Positions 55,901 through 64,000 of a stretch of DNA of 64,000 bases are shown in pieces (the first letter of the stretch is position 1; every line of letters starts with the position of its first letter). Source of the DNA: Auanema rhodensis (lineage: Eukaryota > Animalia > Nematoda); assembly GCA_964057225.1 (NCBI GenBank), contig CAXKVF010000082.1, positions 124,001-188,000 on the forward strand, written 5' to 3'. The notes under the pieces are model-generated. The model was not told where the DNA came from, made no database searches, and saw only the letters and a program-made list of their open reading frames with translations. A program made the translations under genes and the position numbers.

Positions 55901-58900
55901 GGGGAATCTAATTTTGAAAACCGCATCTCTTTATCTTTCACGTGAAGCGAGTTACATACCAAGTGCACATCACGTGTACATTTAATTAGCATAAATTAAA
56001 GTTCACGTAAATTTCAAAGTCATGGTTACCATGAAGCAATATCAATAAAATTTTGTTTTTAGACTAATATGGACATGGGGAATCTAATTTTGAAAACCGC
56101 ATCTCTTTATCTTTCACGTGAAGCGAGTTACATACCAAGTGCACATCACGTGTACATTTAATTAGCATAAATTAAAGTTCACGTAAAATTCAAAGTCATG
56201 GTTACCATGCACCAATATCAATAAAAATTTGTTTTTAGACTAATATGGACATGGGGAATCTAATTTTGAAAACCGCATCTCTTTATCTTTCACGTGAAGC
56301 GAGTTACATACCAAGTGCACATCACGTGTACATTTAATTAGCATAAATTAAAGTTCACGTAAATTTCAAAGTCATGGTTACCATGCACCAATATCAATAA
56401 AAATTTGTTTTTAGACTAATATGGACATGGGGAATCTAATTTTGAAAACCGCATCTCTTTATCTTTCACGTGAAGCGAGTTACATACCAAGTGCACATCA
56501 CGTGTACATTTAATTAGCATAAATTAAAGTTCACGTAAATTTCAAAGTCATGGTTACCATGAACCAATATCAATAAAAATTTGTTTTTAGACTAATATGG
56601 ACATGGGGAATCTAATTTTGAAAACCGCATCTCTTTATCTTTCACGTGAAGCGAGTTACATACCAAGTGCACATCACGTGTACATTTAATTAGCATAAAT
56701 TAAAGTTCACGTAAATTTCAAAGTCATGGTTACCATGAAGCAATATCAATAAAAATTTGTTTTTAGACTAATATGGACATGGGGAATCTAATTTTGAAAA
56801 CCGCATCTCTTTATCTCTCACGTGAAGCGAGTTACATACCAAGTGCACATCACGTGTACATTTAATTAGCATAAATTAAAGTTCACGTAAATTTCAAAGT
56901 CATGGTTACCATGAACCAATATCAATAAAAATTTGTTTTTAGACTAATATGGACATGGGGAATCTAATTTTGAAAACCGCATCTCTTTATCTTTCACGTG
57001 AAGCGAGTTACATACCAAGTGCACATCACGTGTACATTTAATTAGCATAAATTAAAGTTCACGTAAATTTCAAAGTCATGGTTACCATGAAGCAATATCA
57101 ATAAAAATTTGTTTTTAGACTAATATGGACATGGGGAATCTAATTTTGAAAACCGCATCTCTTTATCTTTCACGTGAAGCGAGTTACATACCAAGTGCAC
57201 ATCACGTGTACATTTAATTAGCATAAATTAAAGTTCACGTAAATTTCAAAGTCATGGTTACCATGAACCAATATCAATAAAAATTTGTTTTTAGACTAAT
57301 ATGGACATGGGGAATCTAATTTTGAAAACCGCATCTCTTTATCTTTCACGTGAAGCGAGTTACATACCAAGTGCACATCACGTGTACATTTAATTAGCAT
57401 AAATTAAAGTTCACGTAAAATTCAAAGTCATGGTTACCATGCACCAATATCAATAAAAATTTGTTTTTAGACTAATATGGACATGGGGAATCTAATTTTG
57501 AAAACCGCATCTCTTTATCTTTCACGTGAAGCGAGTTACATACCAAGTGCACATCACGTGTATATTTAATTAGCATAAATTAAAGTTCACGTAAATTTCA
57601 AAGTCATGGTTACCATGCACCAATATCAATAAAAATTTGTTTTTAGACTAATATGGACATGGGGAATCTAATTTTGAAAACCGCATCTCTTTATCTTTCA
57701 CGTGAAGCGAGTTACATACCAAGTGCACATCACGTGTATATTTAATTAGCATAAATTAAAGTTCACGTAAATTTCAAAGTCATGGTTACCATGAACCAAT
57801 ATCAATAAAAATTTGTTTTTAGACTAATATGGACATGGGGAATCTAATTTTGAAAACCGCATCTCTTTATCTTTCACGTGAAGCGAGTTACATACCAAGT
57901 GCACATCACGTGTACATTTAATTAGCATAAATTAAAGTTCACGTAAATTTCAAAGTCATGGTTACCATGAACCAATATCAATAAAAATTTGTTTTTAGAC
58001 TAATATGAACATGGGGAATCTAATTTTGAAAACCGCATCTCTTTATCTTTCACGTGAAGCGAGTTACATACCAAGTGCACATCACGTGTACATTTAATTA
58101 GCATAAATTAAAGTTCACGTAAATTTCAAAGTCATGGTTACCATGAAGCAATATCAATAAAAATTTGTTTTTAGACTAATATGGACATGGGGAATCTAAT
58201 TTTGAAAACCGCATCTCTTTATCTTTCACGTGAAGCGAGTTACATACCAAGTGCACATCACGTGTACATTTAATTAGCATAAATTAAAGTTCACGTAAAA
58301 TTCAAAGTCATGGTTACCATGCACCAATATCAATAAAAATTTGTTTTTAGACTAATATGGACATGGGGAATCTAATTTTGAAAACCGCATCTCTTTATCT
58401 TTCACGTGAAGCGAGTTACATACCAAGTGCACATCACGTGTACATTTAATTAGCATAAATTAAAGTTCACGTAAATTTCAAAGTCATGGTTACCATGCAC
58501 CAATATCAATAAAAATTTGTTTTTAGACTAATATGGACATGGGGAATCTAATTTTGAAAACCGCATCTCTTTATCTTTCACGTGAAGCGAGTTACATACC
58601 AAGTGCACATCACGTGTACATTTAATTAGCATAAATTAAAGTTCACGTAAATTTCAAAGTCATGGTTACCATGAACCAATATCAATAAAAATTTGTTTTT
58701 AGACTAATATGGACATGGGGAATCTAATTTTGAAAACCGCATCTCTTTATCTTTCACGTGAAGCGAGTTACATACCAAGTGCACATCACGTGTACATTTA
58801 ATTAGCATAAATTAAAGTTCACGTAAATTTCAAAGTCATGGTTACCATGAAGCAATATCAATAAAAATTTGTTTTTAGACTAATATGGACATGGGGAATC

Positions 58901-59459
58901 TAATTTTGGAAACCGCATCTCTTTATCTTTCACGTGAAGCGAGTTACATACCAAGTGCACATCACGTGTACATTTAATTAGCATAAATTAAAGTTCACGT
59001 AAAATTCAAAGTCATGGTTACCATGCACCAATATCAATGAAAATTTGTTTTTAGACTAATATGGACATGGGGAATCTAATTTTGAAAACCGCATCTCTTT
59101 ATCTTTCACGTGAAGCGAGTTACATACCAAGTGCACATCACGTGTACATTTAATTAGCATAAATTAAAGTTCACGTAAATTTCAAAGTCATGGTTACCAT
59201 GAACCAATATCAATAAAAATTTGTTTTTAGACTAATATGGACATGGGGAATCTAATTTTGAAAACCGCATCTCTTTATCTTTCACGTGAAGCGAGTTACA
59301 TACCAAGTGCACATCACGTGTACATTTAATTAGCATAAATTAAAGTTCACGTAAATTTCAAAGTCATGGTTACCATGAACCAATATCAATAAAAATTTGT
59401 TTTTAGACTAATATGGACATGGGGAATCTAATTTTGAAAACCGCATCTCTTTATCTTTC

Positions 59460-62400
59460 ACGTGAAGCGAGTTACATACCAAGTGCACATCACGTGTACA
59501 TTTAATTAGCATAAATTAAAGTTCACGTAAAATTCAAAGTCATGGTTACCATGCACCAATATCAATAAAAATTTGTTTTTAGACTAATATGGACATGGGG
59601 AATCTAATTTTGAAAACCGCATCTTTTTATCTTTTACGTGAAGCGAGTTACATACCAAGTGCACATCACGTGTACATTTAATTAGCATAAATTAAAGTTC
59701 ACGTAAATTTCAAAGTCATGGTTACCATGAACCAATATCAATAAAAATTTGTTTTTAGACTAATATGGACATGGGGAATCTAATTTTGAAAACCGCATCT
59801 CTTTATCTTTCACGTGAAGCGAGTTACATACCAAGTGCACATCACGTGTACATTTAATTAGCATAAATTAAAGTTCACGTAAATTTCAAAGTCATGGTTA
59901 CCATGAAGCAATATCAATAAAAATTTGTTTTTAGACTAATATGGACATGGGGAATCTAATTTTGAAAACCGCATCTCTTTATCTTTCACGTGAAGCGAGT
60001 TACATACCAAGTGCACATCACGTGTACATTTAATTAGCATAAATTAAAGTTCACGTAAATTTCAAAGTCATGGTTACCATGAACCAATATCAATAAAAAT
60101 TTGTTTTTAGACTAATATGGACATGGGGAATCTAATTTTGAAAACCGCATCTCTTTATCTTTCACGTGAAGCGAGTTACATACCAAGTGCACATCACGTG
60201 TACATTTAATTAGCATAAATTAAAGTTCACGTAAAATTCAAAGTCATGGTTACCATGCACCAATATCAATAAAAATTTGTGTTTAGACTAATATGGACAT
60301 GTGGAATCTAATTTTGAAAACCGCATCTCTTTATCTTTCACGTGAAGCGAGTTACATACCAAGTGCACATCACGTGTACATTTAATTAGCATAAATTAAA
60401 GTTCACGTAAATTTCAAAGTCATGGTTACCATGAACCAATATCAATAAAAATTTGTTTTTAGACTAATATGGACATGGGGAATCTAATTTTGGAAACCGC
60501 ATCTCTTTATCTTTCACGTGAAGCGAGTTACATACCAAATGCACATCACGTGTACATTTAATTAGCATAAATTAAAGTTCACGTAAATTTCAAAGTCATG
60601 GTTACCATGAACCAATATCAATAAAAATTTGTTTTTAGACTAATATGGACATGGGGAATCTAATTTTGAAAACCGCATCTCTTTATCTTTCACGTGAAGC
60701 GAGTTACATACCAAATGCACATCACGTGTACATTTAATTAGCATAAATTAAAGTTCACGTAAATTTCAAAGTCATGGTTACCATGAACCAATATCAATAA
60801 AAATTTGTTTTTAGACTAATATGGACATGGGGAATCTAATTTTGAAAACCGCATCTCTTTATCTTTCACGTGAAGCGAGTTACATACCAAGTGCACATCA
60901 CGTGTACATTTAATTAGCATAAATTAAAGTTCACGTAAATTTCAAAGTCATGGTTACCATGCACCAATATCAATAAAAATTTGTTTTTAGACTAATATGG
61001 ACATGGGGAATCTAATTTTGAAAACCGCATCTCTTTATCTTTCACGTGAAGCGAGTTACATACCAAGTGCACATCACGTGTACATTTAATTAGCATAAAT
61101 TAAAGTTCACGTAAATTTCAAAGTCATGGTTACCATGAACCAATATCAATAAAAATTTGTTTTTAGACTAATATGGACATGGGGAATCTAATTTTGAAAA
61201 CCGCATCTCTTTATCTTTCACGTGAAGCGAGTTACATACCAAGTGCACATCACGTGTACATTTAATTAGCATAAATTAAAGTTCACGTAAATTTCAAAGT
61301 CATGGTTACCATGAACCAATATCAATAAAAATTTGTTTTTAGACTAATATGGACATGGGGAATCTAATTTTGAAAACCGCATCTCTTTATCTTTCACGTG
61401 AAGCGAGTTACATACCAAGTGCACATCACGTGTACATTTAATTAGCATAAATTAAAGTTCACGTAAAATTCAAAGTCATGGTTACCATGCACCAATATCA
61501 ATAAAAATTTGTTTTTAGACTAATATGGACATGGGGAATCTAATTTTGAAAACCGCATCTTTTTATCTTTTACGTGAAGCGAGTTACATACCAAGTGCAC
61601 ATCACGTGTACATTTAATTAGCATAAATTAAAGTTCACGTAAATTTCAAAGTCATGGTTACCATGAACCAATATCAATAAAAATTTGTTTTTAGACTAAT
61701 ATGGACATGGGGATTCTAATTTTGAAAACCGCATCTCTTTATCTTTCACGTGAAGCGAGTTACATACCAAGTGCACATCACGTGTACATTTAATTAGCAT
61801 AAATTAAAGTTCACGTAAATTTCAAAGTCATGGTTAGCATGAACCAATATCAATAAAAATTTGTTTTTAGACTAATATGGACATGGGGAATCTAATTTTG
61901 AAAACCGCATCTCTTTATCTTTCACGTGAAGCGAGTTACATACCAAGTGCACATCACGTGTACATTTAATTAGCATAAATTAAAGTTCACGTAAATTTCA
62001 AAGTCATGGTTACCATGAAGCAATATCAATAAAAATTTGTTTTTAGACTAATATGGACATGGGGAATCTAATTTTGAAAACCGCATCTCTTTATCTTTCA
62101 CGTGAAGCGAGTTACATACCAAGTGCACATCACGTGTACATTTAATTAGCATAAATTAAAGTTCACGTAAATTTCAAAGTCATGGTTACCATGAACCAAT
62201 ATCAATAAAAATTTGTTTTTAGACTAATATGGACATGGGGAATCTAATTTTGAAAACCGCATCTCTTTATCTTTCACGTGAAGCGAGTTACATACCAAGT
62301 GCACATCACGTGTACATTTAATTAGCATAAATTAAAGTTCACGTAAAATTCAAAGTCATGGTTACCATGCACCAATATCAATAAAAATTTGTTTTTAGAC

Positions 62401-62803
62401 TAATATGGACATGTGGAATCTAATTTTGAAAACCGCATCTCTTTATCTTTCACGTGAAGCGAGTTACATACCAAGTGCACATCACGTGTACATTTAATTA
62501 GCATAAATTAAAGTTCACGTAAATTTCAAAGTCATGGTTACCATGAACCAATATCAATAAAAATTTGTTTTTAGACTAATATGGACATGGGGAATCTAAT
62601 TTTGGAAACAGCATCTCTTTATCTTTCACGTGAAGCGAGTTACATACCAAATGCACATCACGTGTACATTTAATTAGCATAAATTAAAGTTCACGTAAAT
62701 TTCAAAGTCATGGTTACCATGAACCAATATCAATAAAAATTTGTTTTTAGACTAATATGGACATGGGGAATCTAATTTTGAAAACCGCATCTCTTTATCT
62801 TTC
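59460..62803. repeat. 11/12-monomer duplication
   Basis: ctttttatcttttacg at ~59626 and ~61562 (+1936). catgtgg at 60302/62414, followed by A154G and G24A monomers, at +2112. One monomer was gained or lost between these markers. Confidence 0.8.
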
Positions 62804-64000
62804 ACGTGAAGCGAGTTACATACCAAGTGCACATCACGTGTACATTTAATTAGCATAAATTAAAGTTCACGTAAAATTCAAAGTCATGGTTACCATGAAC
62901 CAATATCAATAAAAATTTGTTTTTAGACTAATATGGACATGGGGAATCTAATTTTGAAAACCGCATCTCTTTATCTTTCACGTGAAGCGAGTTACATACC
63001 AAGTGCACATCACGTGTACATTTAATTAGCATAAATTAAAGTTCACGTAAATTTCAAAGTCATGGTTAGCATGAACCAATATCAATAAAAATTTGTTTTT
63101 AGACTAATATGGACATGGGGAATCTAATTTTGAAAACCGCATCTCTTTATCTTTCACGTGAAGCGAGTTACATACCAAGTGCACATCACGTGTACATTTA
63201 ATTAGCATAAATTAAAGTTCACGTAAATTTCAAAGTCATGGTTACCATGAAGCAATATCAATAAAAATTTGTTTTTAGACTAATATGGACATGGGGAATC
63301 TAATTTTGAAAACCGCATCTCTTTATCTTTCACGTGAAGCGAGTTACATACCAAGTGCACATCACGTGTACATTTAATTAGCATAAATTAAAGTTCACGT
63401 AAATTTCAAAGTCATGGTTAGCATGAACCAATATCAATAAAAATTTGTTTTTAGACTAATATGGACATGGGGAATCTAATTTTGAAAACCGCATCCTTTT
63501 ATCTTTCACGTGAAGCGAGTTACATACCAAGTGCACATCACGTGTACATTTAATTAGCATAAATTAAAGTTCACGTAAATTTCAAAGTCATGGTTACCAT
63601 GAAGCAATATCAATAAAAATTTGTTTTTAGACTAATATGGACATGGGGAATCTAATTTTGAAAACCGCATCTCTTTATCTTTCACGTGAAGCGAGTTACA
63701 TACCAAGTGCACATCACGTGTACATTTAATTAGCATAAATTAAAGTTCACGTAAATTTCAAAGTCATGGTTACCATGAACCAATATCAATAAAAATTTGT
63801 TTTTAGACTAATATGGACATGGGGAATCTAATTTTGAAAACCGCATCTCTTTATCTTTCACGTGAAGCGAGTTACATACCAAGTGCACATCACGTGTACA
63901 TTTAATTAGCATAAATTAAAGTTCACGTAAAATTCAAAGTCATGGTTACCATGCACCAATATCAATAAAAATTTGTTTTTAGACTAATATGGACATGTGG

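Larger units (their letters stand above)
1..64000. repeat. 176-bp satellite DNA tandem array (~363.8 head-to-tail copies), centromere/heterochromatin-type
   Basis: ACGTGAAGCG recurs at 1, 177, 353, etc. Phase is 1+176n to 2641, 2816+176n to 11616, 11741+176n to 16141, and 16340+176n to 63860 (exactly 270 periods). All copies have the same orientation. Consensus is 56/176 GC. The array runs off both window ends. A centromeric role is inferred from monomer size and homogeneity only. Confidence 0.99.

Noticed and set aside
1-64000. CRISPR-like array (palindromic repeats at regular spacing)
   Set aside because: There are no unique spacers, since the entire 176 bp repeats. No leader or cas genes are present.
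1-64000. Monomer-type order as an information-bearing code
   Set aside because: The order is adequately explained by nested tandem duplication and exchange, and nothing in the sequence indicates a readout mechanism.
1-64000. Embedded transposon, inversion or unique-sequence island
   Set aside because: None was seen. Phase arithmetic accounts for the whole window with only three small indels.

Overview
The whole 64-kb window is one uninterrupted, single-orientation tandem array of a 176-bp, AT-rich (about 32% GC) satellite. It holds 363 complete monomers plus a 141-bp partial copy. Consensus, with monomer position 1 = window position 1 phase: ACGTGAAGCGAGTTACATACCAAGTGCACATCACGTGTACATTTAATTAGCATAAATTAAAGTTCACGTAAATTTCAAAGTCATGGTTACCATGAACCAATATCAATAAAAATTTGTTTTTAGACTAATATGGACATGGGGAATCTAATTTTGAAAACCGCATCTCTTTATCTTTC. 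Monomers usually differ from consensus by only a few substitutions. I found only three length variants: a 1-bp deletion near 2737, a net 51-bp deletion near 11657 and a 23-bp duplication at 16201-16246. There are no genes, RNA genes, transposons, unique spacers or inversions, and the seven 60-aa ORFs are by-products of one SNP. Size, AT content and homogeneity fit a eukaryotic centromeric or heterochromatic satellite, but I do not recognise the family or the organism. The informative signal lies in the SNP pattern: nested and irregular higher-order repeats (2-, 3-, 5/6-, 7-, 8-, 11- and 18-mers), an array-wide ancestral trimer order, position-restricted variant layers, a probable old 14-17 kb duplication and chimeric monomers. 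The monomer itself is densely tiled with short dyad symmetries and carries three evenly spaced TCACGT (E-box/G-box-like) motifs. I see no evidence for a novel protein-coding or CRISPR-like system. All variant calls were made by eye and should be confirmed by alignment.
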